Origin: a virus
IMG/VR virus record: IMGVR_UViG_3300027782_000035
Length of the DNA: 64,000 nucleotides
Reading direction: 5' to 3' (one strand)
This document shows positions 57,227 to 64,000 of this stretch, one piece after another; within the stretch, counting starts at the first letter, position 1; each line of letters begins with the position of its first letter. The translations under genes were made by a program, and so were the position numbers. The notes below the pieces were generated by a model. It saw only the letters and a program-made list of their open reading frames with translations. It was not told the DNA's origin and ran no database searches.

Positions 57227-57300
57227 TGGAGCGGGGTAGGAGAATCGAACTCCTCGCTTTAGCTTGGAAGGCTAGGGTATTACCACTATACGAACCCCGC
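57227..57300 (-). tRNA. tRNA-Gly(TCC)
   Basis: CT-TCC-AA, U73, CCA. Confidence 0.92.
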
Positions 57301-57301
57301 A

Positions 57302-57577
57302 TTATACTTTAATTGTACTCCATTGACGAAGTTTTTCTCGTTTTGCTTCACGAGCTTTTTCTATCCAAAGAGCACCAATGATATCGTGCTCAATAAGTAA
57401 GTCGATCATACACAGAAGATCACCAACTTCTTCCTCAAGATGTTCGCGGTTAGTAACGCTGTTATATTCAGCATCTATACCAAACCTAAACACCTTGCTG
57501 ATAGCTTGGATAACTTCAGCGCATTCCTCTTGAGCGATCAAGAGAATTTCTTTTCCATTGTCATTTGTGTTTTTCAT
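57302..57577 (-). CDS. MazG-like NTP pyrophosphohydrolase
   Basis: EECAEVIQAISK..EEEVGDL; promoter at 57584-57612. Confidence 0.8.
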   Translation of the reverse strand: MKNTNDNGKEILLIAQEECAEVIQAISKVFRFGIDAEYNSVTNREHLEEEVGDLLCMIDLLIEHDIIGALWIEKAREAKREKLRQWSTIKV

Positions 57578-57620
57578 ATTGTAATTATACCACAAACACG
57601 AATTAATGTACACCGTTATT

Positions 57621-57696
57621 TGGAGCGGGCGATCGGGTTCGAACCGACGACATTTACCTTGGCAAGGTAATGCTCTACCAACTGAGCTACGCCCGC
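57621..57696 (-). tRNA. tRNA-Gly(GCC)
   Basis: TT-GCC-AA, CCA. Confidence 0.95.
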
Positions 57697-57697
57697 A

Positions 57698-57904
57698 TTA
57701 ATTGTCTACTACTGTGTACGTAGGGCTAACTATTACATACTTAGCACGCTGCACATTCACTTCAATGATAGGAACACTATTAGCTTCATTCGTTGCTTTA
57801 ACAAAAGCACGTGCTTCATGTTCAGTGTCAAAATATATGGTACCATCTACATTCATAGATGTTTCATCTTCACGCGTAATCAATACAACTTTATATGGTT
57901 TCAT
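57698..57904 (-). CDS. hypothetical protein
   Basis: 68-aa ORF filling the gap between tRNAs. Confidence 0.55.
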   Translation of the reverse strand: MKPYKVVLITREDETSMNVDGTIYFDTEHEARAFVKATNEANSVPIIEVNVQRAKYVIVSPTYTVVDN

Positions 57905-57917
57905 AATGTTTCTTATT

Positions 57918-57991
57918 TGGCATCCCTCCAGAGACTCGAACTCCGACTAATGGTTTTGGAGACCATCGTGCTGCCATTACACCAGAGAGAC
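57918..57991 (-). tRNA. tRNA-Trp(CCA)
   Basis: CT-CCA-AA. Confidence 0.9.
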
Positions 57992-57994
57992 ATT

Positions 57995-58077
57995 TGGTAC
58001 CCGAAGCCGGACTCGAACCGGCACGCACTAGGCGGGAGATTTTAAGTCTCCTGTGTCTACCATTCCACCATTCGGGC
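57995..58077 (-). tRNA. tRNA-Leu(TAA)
   Basis: CT-TAA-AA, variable arm. Confidence 0.92.
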
Positions 58078-58356
58078 TTATTTCTTAACTAACGGATTCT
58101 CGGAATCTAGCGCATCTTCATTCTTAAATACAACCTTGGCGCTACCAACAGTGCCAGGCATATCTAAAATACAATCTTCAGTAGATAACACATCTTGATA
58201 TTCATTCTTAGCTGTGCCTGTATTATCTTCATCAAGATTATCACGCCTAAAGATAGCGTCCCAACGAGTATTATACTCTTCTTGACTTACGCTAAATGGA
58301 CGTGGATTTGATCCTTTACCTCCGGGATTTCCCGTCATATCAAATGTTGCTGTCAT
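58078..58356 (-). CDS. hypothetical protein
   Basis: GGKGS.PRPFSVS..WDAIF motif; AGGAG SD. Confidence 0.65.
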   Translation of the reverse strand: MTATFDMTGNPGGKGSNPRPFSVSQEEYNTRWDAIFRRDNLDEDNTGTAKNEYQDVLSTEDCILDMPGTVGSAKVVFKNEDALDSENPLVKK

Positions 58357-58364
58357 ATGAACTC

Positions 58365-58487
58365 CTATCTACCTTGTCCTCGATATCTTTTTGTGCGTTT
58401 ACGCGTTTTGTTAAGAGTACTAGTCTTACTTCCGTTTTGACAAGTTTTCTTAACAATTTTTCTACGTGAACTCGTGCCTTTACTCAT
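58365..58487 (-). CDS. small basic protein ending RYRGQGR
   Basis: Manual ORF MSKGTSSRRKIVKKTCQNGSKTSTLNKTRKRTKRYRGQGR; AAGGAG SD. Confidence 0.65.
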   Translation of the reverse strand: MSKGTSSRRKIVKKTCQNGSKTSTLNKTRKRTKRYRGQGR

Positions 58488-58499
58488 AATTATCTCCTT

Positions 58500-58574
58500 T
58501 GGTGCTGATGGCGGGACTCGAACCCACGACCTCTTCCTTACCAAGGAAGTACACTACCACTGTGTTACATCAGC
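58500..58574 (-). tRNA. tRNA-Thr(GGT)
   Basis: TT-GGT-AA. Confidence 0.92.
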
Positions 58575-58585
58575 AAATTATAAAA

Positions 58586-58662
58586 TGGTCGGAGTACAAG
58601 GATTCGAACCTTGGACCCCCTGGTCCCAAACCAGGTGCGCTACCAGACTGCGCTACACTCCG
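58586..58662 (-). tRNA. tRNA-Pro(TGG)
   Basis: TT-TGG-GA. Confidence 0.95.
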
Positions 58663-58674
58663 TAAAACTATATA

Positions 58675-58750
58675 TGGTAGTTGAGGTGGGACTCGAACCC
58701 ACGATAGTCACCGTATGAAGGTGGTGCATTAGCCACTATGCTACTCAACC
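58675..58750 (-). tRNA. tRNA-Met(CAT), probably elongator
   Basis: TT-CAT-AC. Confidence 0.85.
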
Positions 58751-58759
58751 ATATAAACT

Positions 58760-58834
58760 TGGTGCCGGATGTCTGGTTCGAACAGACGACCTATCGCTTA
58801 CAAGGCGATTGCACTACCACTGTGCTAATCCGGC
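58760..58834 (-). tRNA. tRNA-Thr(TGT)
   Basis: CT-TGT-AA. Confidence 0.9.
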
Positions 58835-58840
58835 GAAAAC

Positions 58841-58917
58841 TGGTAGCGGAGGAGGGATTCGAACCCCCGATTCTTGGCTTATGAGACCAAGCGGATAGAC
58901 CACTTCCATACTCCGCG
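58841..58917 (-). tRNA. tRNA-fMet-like (CAT)
   Basis: CT-CAT-AA; C1:T72 mismatch. Confidence 0.85.
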
Positions 58918-58923
58918 ATATAT

Positions 58924-58999
58924 TGGTGGAGGTGACAGGACTCGAACCCGCTACCTACTGCTTGCAAAGCAGCCGCTCTCCCAGCTGAGCTACACCCCC
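58924..58999 (-). tRNA. tRNA-Ala(TGC)
   Basis: TT-TGC-AA; G3:U70. Confidence 0.95.
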
Positions 59000-59007
59000 A
59001 AAAAACT

Positions 59008-59082
59008 TGGCGCGTCCTGAAGGAATCGAACCTCCATCCCAAAGTTCGTAGCCTTGTATATTATCCATTATACGAAGGACGC
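59008..59082 (-). tRNA. tRNA-Arg(ACG)
   Basis: CT-ACG-AA. Confidence 0.9.
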
Positions 59083-59089
59083 ATTATTC

Positions 59090-59144
59090 AACAGAATCGT
59101 TTTGCTTTTTTTCATAAAAAGTTTTTTATTGCTGAACCGATTCT
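59090..59144 (-). ncRNA. candidate CAGCA-motif RNA 4
   Basis: Stem AGAATCG/CGATTCT, GTTCAGCAA, 3' GTT; compensatory change relative to RNA 2. Confidence 0.55.
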
Positions 59145-59149
59145 AAAAC

Positions 59150-59225
59150 TGGCTCCCCAGCGTGGGATCGAACCACGGACACCTTGATTAACAGTCAAGT
59201 GCAACTACCGCTGTGCTACTGGGGA
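59150..59225 (-). tRNA. tRNA-Asn(GTT)
   Basis: CT-GTT-AA. Confidence 0.92.
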
Positions 59226-59379
59226 ATAAATATTTTTATGATAGACGTCAACACCGCAATTGCTCGCTTGTACAAATTTTCACAAAGAAAATACGTACAG
59301 CGTGCGTCTTACACTAACTCTAAAGAATTCAAACTTGATGAACTTCTAAGTAAACCTAAGCCTGAATTCAAACCAATCG

Positions 59380-59467
59380 TGGTGGGTGTTGATGGTAACG
59401 CTCCACGAACCTGACTTCCCATCTCTTTAGGTAACGGTTTTACAGACCGCCGACGGGGGCAACACCC
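59380..59467 (-). tRNA. atypical D-armless tRNA-Tyr(GTA)-like
   Basis: GGGTGTTG/CAACACCC-ACCA acceptor; GCGGT-CTGTAAA-ACCGT arm; no D stem; non-canonical T loop. Confidence 0.65.
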
Positions 59468-59473
59468 TAAACT

Positions 59474-59547
59474 TGGTCCCCTCGTATGGAATCGGACCAT
59501 CTTCTCTCGGTTATCAGCCGAGTGCTCTACCATTGAGCTACAAGGGG
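59474..59547 (-). tRNA. tRNA-Ile(GAT)
   Basis: CT-GAT-AA. Confidence 0.88.
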
Positions 59548-59553
59548 AAATAT

Positions 59554-59629
59554 TGGTAGGAACGATTGGACTCGAACCAACCACACGCAAATTTTCAGTC
59601 TGCTGCTCTACCTGATGAGCTACGTTCCC
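59554..59629 (-). tRNA. tRNA-Phe(GAA)
   Basis: CT-GAA-AA. Confidence 0.9.
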
Positions 59630-59635
59630 ATTATA

Positions 59636-59727
59636 TGGCGGAAAGCAGAGGAGTCGAACCCCATCCCATTTCTGAGAACCCAGTTTTCAAGGCTGGTCGC
59701 CGGACCATCCCAGCTGCATTACTTTCC
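59636..59727 (-). tRNA. tRNA-Ser(TGA)
   Basis: CT-TGA-AA, variable arm, G73. Confidence 0.85.
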
Positions 59728-59734
59728 ATAAACT

Positions 59735-59811
59735 TGGTACCCCAGAGGAGACTCGAACTCCTAAAATTTGGTTTCTAAGACCAACACGTATACCAATTCC
59801 GTCACCGGGGC
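59735..59811 (-). tRNA. tRNA-Leu(TAG), no long variable arm
   Basis: CT-TAG-AA, 77 nt. Confidence 0.85.
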
Positions 59812-59816
59812 AATAA

Positions 59817-59964
59817 TTATTGTTAAGTGTTATCCGCCGATTTGTCAAAAATGTAGCTAGCACTGACAAGCGAATAGCAGTTATATCAGGACCTGTTCCT
59901 CGCACAGTTAGGCCCGCATAGTGTAAGCGTCCTTACACGATACCTTGATAACACTTAACAATAA
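59817..59964 (-). ncRNA. structured element closed by an 18-bp perfect stem
   Basis: TTATTGTTAAGTGTTATC...GATAACACTTAACAATAA between tRNA-Asp and tRNA-Leu. Confidence 0.55.
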
Positions 59965-59968
59965 ACTA

Positions 59969-60043
59969 TGGCGGTGCCAAGGGGTAACGATCCCCTTCTT
60001 CGAGCGTGACAGGCTCGTGTGCGTCCATGAACACTTTGGCACC
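59969..60043 (-). tRNA. tRNA-Asp(GTC)
   Basis: CT-GTC-AC, G73. Confidence 0.88.
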
Positions 60044-60047
60044 AAAT

Positions 60048-60238
60048 TAGGATAAGCTACTGGGTTCCACGCCAGCCCTTAATTGAGCAGTTACTCTGTC
60101 CATCCCTTTTATTCTGATGTCTGTGTGCAGAGGGAACTGCCTATCAGAGCCTGAGGGGTTACCTCGCTAACGGTTTTCTGCCACCGGATCTCTGTCGCTA
60201 ATCAAACGCTATTTTAACGAAAATAGTAACGGGATTCT
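60048..60238 (-). ncRNA. manA-like structured RNA (tentative)
   Basis: About 190 nt non-coding, multi-hairpin, inside the tRNA cluster; resemblance to the manA motif is from memory and unverified. Confidence 0.45.
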
Positions 60239-60239
60239 A

Positions 60240-60408
60240 CCATAAAGAAACACACTGGCAAATCCCTTCCTGAGACTATTGCGTTTGCTCCGCTCACTCT
60301 TGTTTTCTCGGATTCCTTGGGCTTGAGATTAAACTCAGGAAAGCATAGGGTTCCAGCCTATGGCTAACATCCGCCCTCACCGGTACTGGGCAATGTGTTT
60401 CTTTATGG
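60240..60408 (-). ncRNA. tRNA-appended long-stem element B
   Basis: CCATAAAGAAACACATTG...CAGTGTGTTTCTTTATGG. Confidence 0.55.
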
Positions 60409-60480
60409 TACACGGTACGGGAATCGAACCCGTCTTACATACGTGAAAGGCATGTGTCCTAACCGATAGACGAACCGTGC
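60406..60480 (-). tRNA. tRNA-Glu(TTC)
   Basis: CT-TTC-AC. Confidence 0.92.
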
Positions 60481-60481
60481 A

Positions 60482-60672
60482 TGGTGGTGGTTTTTAGAGA
60501 ACCACCAAACTCAATGGCTGACCTTTGGTCATTTAATGTTTCCTGCTCGGCGTTTTGACGTGCATCCTTTTCAGGCTGACCTTCAAGGTCCATTTAATGC
60601 GTCCTGCGTTGCGTTTTGAAACAACCTTTACGTGCCTCATGCTCCGTATTTACCGTAGACTTAGAGAGGACT
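60482..60672 (-). ncRNA. tandem-motif RNA ending in a hairpin plus ACCA
   Basis: Two copies of CAAAACGC-N3-GCAGGA-N2-CATTAAATG-ACC..GGTCAGCC; 3' GGTGGTT-CTCTAAA-AACCACC-ACCA. Confidence 0.45.
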
Positions 60673-60676
60673 TTTA

Positions 60677-60746
60677 GAATTTTTAAAGAACGTTTGCTTT
60701 ATCAGCAGTAGATAGAGATTATACACCATCTACGATTTATTGTACA
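60677..60746 (-). promoter_or_regulatory. early promoter plus boxA-like element
   Basis: TGTACA-N17-TATAAT (60718-60746); AACGTTCTTTAAAAATTC (60677-60694). Confidence 0.75.
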
Positions 60747-60755
60747 CCGTTATTT

Positions 60756-60947
60756 TTAAACTCTTTCAACGGTTCCTAAAACACCGCGCGTACCGCGCGT
60801 GTATTTAGACACAGTCTGAGCCCATACAGTGTACCTAGATTTGTCAATGGGAAAAGTCTCTTGACCTTTCTTTGGTCCACGATAAGCGCACTGAGTAAAC
60901 TTAACGCCATCAATAACGATTACAGTGTCTTTAGATTTCCTAGCCAT
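60756..60947 (-). CDS. small basic hypothetical protein
   Basis: AAAGGA SD; between two promoter cassettes. Confidence 0.6.
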   Translation of the reverse strand: MARKSKDTVIVIDGVKFTQCAYRGPKKGQETFPIDKSRYTVWAQTVSKYTRGTRGVLGTVERV

Positions 60948-60977
60948 TTAAGTTCCTTTGTTTGACTTGATATAGCT

Positions 60978-61040
60978 ATTCTATCAAATTGACGATTTAT
61001 TGTACACCGTTATTTCAATAGTTGACTAAAACAGTCAACT
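60978..61040 (-). promoter_or_regulatory. early promoter plus palindrome cassette
   Basis: TGTACA-N17-TAGAAT; agttgact-aaaac-agtcaact. Confidence 0.8.
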
Positions 61041-61189
61041 TAAACCTTTAGTATTCAAAATGCATCAGGTGATCTTGAAAGGCATCGAGCTAGGGTAATC
61101 CCTATCGAGCCATCAAACGTTCATTCTGGTGCATTCTGTACACATAAGTTGTTGATTTATAAGGGCTAAAAATAGCCTTTTTATCACTT

Positions 61190-61267
61190 TGGAGCAACGG
61201 GTGAGATTCGAACTCACGGTTTTACGGATTTGCAATCCATTGCGTTGGGCCTCTCCGCCACCGTTGC
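61190..61267 (-). tRNA. tRNA-Cys(GCA)
   Basis: TT-GCA-AA, U73. Confidence 0.9.
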
Positions 61268-61268
61268 A

Positions 61269-61826
61269 TTAATTCCATACACGAGAATGTTTTGGCACTC
61301 CTGACTTTAGGTACTCCATCTGATCAGCCAGAATGTGTCGATTCTGAAGGATCATGTTTTCGTAATGATTAGGTGCGTATGGAACATATAGAAGTTCAAG
61401 CCCGCACTGATGAAGTAACTTGGCTCCTTTATGAGTGTTACACTTTACGCATGCAGTCACTACGTTAGACCATACGTTTTCACCACCTTTTGAAACTGGA
61501 ACAATGTGATCCCGTGATAGGTTGTTATTGGTAAAGAGCCCACCACAGTAAGCACATATATGCTTGTCGCGCGAGAATAAAGTTTTATTTGTTAGGATAA
61601 CACTGCCAGCACGTTCGATTGCAAATCCTTTACCACGTACAGCAATGATCGATGGAGTTTCTATAACGGACATACGGCCATCATTCTGAGTTCCTCCACG
61701 GAACGTTGCTACTACGTCACCAAGAGTCCACACTACCATATCCTTAGCGAAGTATGATACTGCGTCTTCATAGTTAATCCACTTGCGTGGTAGTCCAGAT
61801 ACGTCTAATGCTAATACATGTGACAT
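61269..61826 (-). CDS. HNH endonuclease
   Basis: RDKHICAYCG..DHIVP.S.GG..W.NVVTAC..CN..KG. Confidence 0.92.
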   Translation of the reverse strand: MSHVLALDVSGLPRKWINYEDAVSYFAKDMVVWTLGDVVATFRGGTQNDGRMSVIETPSIIAVRGKGFAIERAGSVILTNKTLFSRDKHICAYCGGLFTNNNLSRDHIVPVSKGGENVWSNVVTACVKCNTHKGAKLLHQCGLELLYVPYAPNHYENMILQNRHILADQMEYLKSGVPKHSRVWN

Positions 61827-61863
61827 GATTACTCCTTACAACTTTCTTCCTTAATTATATAGG

Positions 61864-61939
<76 letters not shown>

Positions 61940-61947
61940 ATTAAAAC

Positions 61948-62039
61948 TGGTACCAGCGGAGGGGATCGAACCCTCTCAAGAACGCTAATCTGGCGCTAAA
62001 AGGCTTATAAGACCTCTCTGACTTCCAAGTCTCGCTGGC
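61948..62039 (-). tRNA. atypical tRNA-Ile(TAT) with long variable arm
   Basis: GAGGT-CTTATAA-GCCTT; short D arm GACT-TGGA-AGTC; canonical T arm; ACCA. Confidence 0.7.
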
Positions 62040-62044
62040 ATATT

Positions 62045-62134
62045 TGGCGGAGTGACTGGGACTCGAACCCAGAAGCCTGCTTTCGCAAACCGACGGATTA
62101 GCAATCCGCTCTAATACCATTATAGGACCACTCC
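62045..62134 (-). tRNA. tRNA-Ser(GCT)
   Basis: TT-GCT-AA, variable arm. Confidence 0.9.
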
Positions 62135-62141
62135 AAAATCT

Positions 62142-62219
62142 TGGTCTGGGTAGCAGGATTCGAACCTGCAGCCTCGAAGTTCCAAACCTCGCCGTCTACC
62201 TGATTGACAATATACCCAG
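62142..62219 (-). tRNA. tRNA-Pro(TGG), second copy
   Basis: TT-TGG-AA (A37 instead of G37). Confidence 0.8.
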
Positions 62220-62225
62220 ATGAAA

Positions 62226-62307
62226 CCATATCGAAACACACTTCGGATACTGTACTAAACAGGAACTATCCACCACGGCCATGGCGCTGAAATGCATTTC
62301 AATATGG
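62226..62307 (-). ncRNA. tRNA-appended long-stem element C
   Basis: CCATATTGAAATGCATTT...AAGTGTGTTTCGATATGG. Confidence 0.55.
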
Positions 62308-62378
62308 CACCGGAACTAGGGTTCGAACCTAGGACGACAGAGTCAAAGTCTGTTGTGTTACCACTACACTATTCCGGA
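62305..62378 (-). tRNA. tRNA-Gln(TTG)
   Basis: CT-TTG-AC. Confidence 0.9.
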
Positions 62379-62395
62379 TCAATTATAAAGAATAC

Positions 62396-62470
62396 GAATT
62401 TTTAAAGAACGTTGTCAATCTTTTTGATTGACTGTAGATGTATTATACACCATCTACGATTTATTGTACA
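62396..62470 (-). promoter_or_regulatory. early promoter plus hairpin plus boxA-like element heading the tRNA array
   Basis: Promoter 62442-62470 identical to 60718-60746; GTCAATC-AAAAA-GATTGAC hairpin; AACGTTCTTTAAAAATTC. Confidence 0.75.
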
Positions 62471-62475
62471 CCACT

Positions 62476-62512
62476 AAACAAAAAAGGCCCTAGTTTTTTT
62501 ACTAGGGCCTTT
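62476..62512 (-). terminator. intrinsic terminator (attenuator)
   Basis: AGGCCCTAGT-A6-ACTAGGGCCT followed by TTTTTGTTT. Confidence 0.9.
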
Positions 62513-62540
62513 GGTTAGATTAACTTGCTTCTATCTTACC

Positions 62541-62639
62541 TTAGACCCTTACGCTCCATTCTGGAGAAAATGTGCGTGCAATCGCCTGATCATTTAGACC
62601 ATTAAATTTTACGCTATAAGATATGTAACAGAGATGCAT
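62541..62639 (-). CDS. putative attenuator leader peptide (32 aa, all 20 amino acids)
   Basis: MHLCYISYSVKFNGLNDQAIARTFSPEWSVRV*; AGGT SD; stop codon overlaps the antiterminator arm. Confidence 0.7.
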   Translation of the reverse strand: MHLCYISYSVKFNGLNDQAIARTFSPEWSVRV

Positions 62640-62668
62640 GATTACCTATTAAGTTAGGGTGTTTAATT

Positions 62669-62676
62669 TATTTATA
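62669..62676 (-). promoter_or_regulatory. late promoter TATAAATA upstream of the leader peptide
   Basis: tatttata on + strand, about 30 nt before the leader ATG. Confidence 0.7.
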
Positions 62677-62908
62677 CGCTTGAACTGGCCGATGATGAAA
62701 ATAGTTCATCATGATAGTCGATTTCATCACTTTTTTCGCCACGCCAAAATACGATAGAAGTGTCATCATGGTCTGTCACTTTGTACTGAGCGATGTCAAA
62801 ATTAAATGCTTTGCAATGAGAGATTACAGTTTCAATCGATCCTTCAAGGGATTTGGAATACCCCATCTCTTTGTCATTCTTAAAAATTTTGTACATTCGA
62901 ATTTTCAT
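62672..62908 (-). CDS. hypothetical protein
   Basis: ATGA-coupled to the ligase. Confidence 0.55.
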   Translation of the reverse strand: MKIRMYKIFKNDKEMGYSKSLEGSIETVISHCKAFNFDIAQYKVTDHDDTSIVFWRGEKSDEIDYHDELFSSSASSSV

Positions 62909-64000
62909 TTGATAACCTTTGATGAATCTGCTTTGTCTTTATCTTCACGTACCTCAATAAACACCGGCAGAAAAAGCGATTCTTCACCTTGCTTGTTTTT
63001 AATACGTGCGTTATACTTTACACTTATAATTTTATCAACAATTGATTGAGTTGTAAAATTAATTCTATCTAAATCTTTGAAGCCTGAGCCTACGTCTACT
63101 TTAATTACACCATCGTCTGATTCACAAATGAGTGCACCAAGCATTCCTTCGTATTTCCCAGTGCCAGGTTGAATGCCAACTACTTTTAGTTCGCACTCAA
63201 GTTCTCCTTTGAACTTAATCTGATGCTTAGCGCGTTTGTCTTCCCATACACCAAGCATATTCTTAAGGATGATACCCTCAAGACCTAGATCATAATACTC
63301 TTGAAACTTCTTGTTAGCTTCATCTATGTCATTGACGATATCATAGGACACCAGCCAGATTTTCTTTTCAGGTAAACGAGCATTAAATATGTTCAGCAAC
63401 GCTTGCAATGAAGCAAAGCGAGTTGAATATGGGATGTTATATACACCAGTCTTCCAGTGATCATAAGGTATAACATCCCATATCGTAGCATGCACCATTG
63501 CTGCTTCTTCTTTAGAGATAGTGCCCTTGTTAGCCTTATTCAATATGCCATTGCCGGTTTGACGATCTGTGAACTGATGATCTCCTGGAAGCATCACCGT
63601 TAATTCGCCATCAAATACACAATCGTTTCCAGCCGAAAGCTTAATGAACTCTTGGCCAAGATTTCCAAGCAATTGGATTTCCTTGCCATTACGACTACGA
63701 AACTCGACAGAACTATCAATAGCAGTGTGTCTTACAATAGCATTGAATCGCATACCATCCATCTTAAGCTGAGCCATCGCAGGCCAAGACATCTTATCTA
63801 CAAGCTTTTGATCATAACCACTTGCAAGCATGCAAGGGTACTCATGAATGAGATTAGACCAGATCTTGTTTGCTGTAGATTCTGATGCGCCGCACTTAAG
63901 ATCTTTTCCAATGATACGCTCAATAACTTTAGCATCGCTTGGCGATACCTCGCTAAGTAGCAACTTAAGATACTCAATAGCTTTATTTCCAGTTAGCTGG
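62905..64000 (-). CDS. gp30: ATP-dependent DNA ligase gp30 (5' end outside window)
   Basis: KMDGMR adenylation motif, FDGEL, WD, EGIILK, KFK, VGSG, LFLPVF..REDK; frame open to the window edge. Confidence 0.95.
   Translation of the reverse strand, partial: QLTGNKAIEYLKLLLSEVSPSDAKVIERIIGKDLKCGASESTANKIWSNLIHEYPCMLASGYDQKLVDKMSWPAMAQLKMDGMRFNAIVRHTAIDSSVEFRSRNGKEIQLLGNLGQEFIKLSAGNDCVFDGELTVMLPGDHQFTDRQTGNGILNKANKGTISKEEAAMVHATIWDVIPYDHWKTGVYNIPYSTRFASLQALLNIFNARLPEKKIWLVSYDIVNDIDEANKKFQEYYDLGLEGIILKNMLGVWEDKRAKHQIKFKGELECELKVVGIQPGTGKYEGMLGALICESDDGVIKVDVGSGFKDLDRINFTTQSIVDKIISVKYNARIKNKQGEESLFLPVFIEVREDKDKADSSKVIK

Noticed and set aside
58474-59905. ORF-track ORFs across the tRNA cluster (e.g. 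58791-59042, 59309-59590, 59687-59905)
   Set aside because: They overlap tRNA genes and are translation artefacts; 59184-59414 (+) is also unsupported
60482-60506. Amber suppressor tRNA / stop-codon recoding
   Set aside because: Only a microhelix with a CTA loop and no cloverleaf; genes read normally in code 11 with TAG used as stop

Overview
64 kb segment of a large T4-like (myovirus-type) phage genome, probably from a freshwater betaproteobacterial host (inferred from the auxiliary genes and the tmRNA tag). 1-27.1 kb is the baseplate/tail module (VrlC/DUF4815, gp8, gp7, gp6, gp25, PAAR, gp5, gp27-like, gp53, gp48, gp4, gp2, gp54/19-like, gp16, gp26/gp51, gp29). 27-40 kb holds gp32, gp59, gp33, ClpP, a SleB-type hydrolase, an outer-membrane beta-barrel, a circularly permuted two-piece tmRNA, a 2OG oxygenase, an exonuclease and PhoH. 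40-48.6 kb is a hyperplastic early region of small ORFs separated by repeated promoter/palindrome cassettes. 48.7-54.7 kb is a late-promoter auxiliary operon (IscU, IscA/ErpA, PlcP-like phosphoesterase plus GT4 glycosyltransferase, fatty-acid desaturase). 54.8-62.7 kb holds a TROVE/DUF2828-vWA gene preceded by repeated structured RNA elements and a 28-tRNA cluster covering all 20 amino acids, interleaved with other ncRNA-like elements. A DNA ligase runs off the right edge. The most striking signal is a 32-codon leader ORF containing all 20 amino acids. It is coupled to alternative antiterminator/terminator hairpins directly upstream of the tRNA array, and is a candidate pan-tRNA-sensing attenuator. 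All calls come from reading the sequence by eye; no database searches were run.
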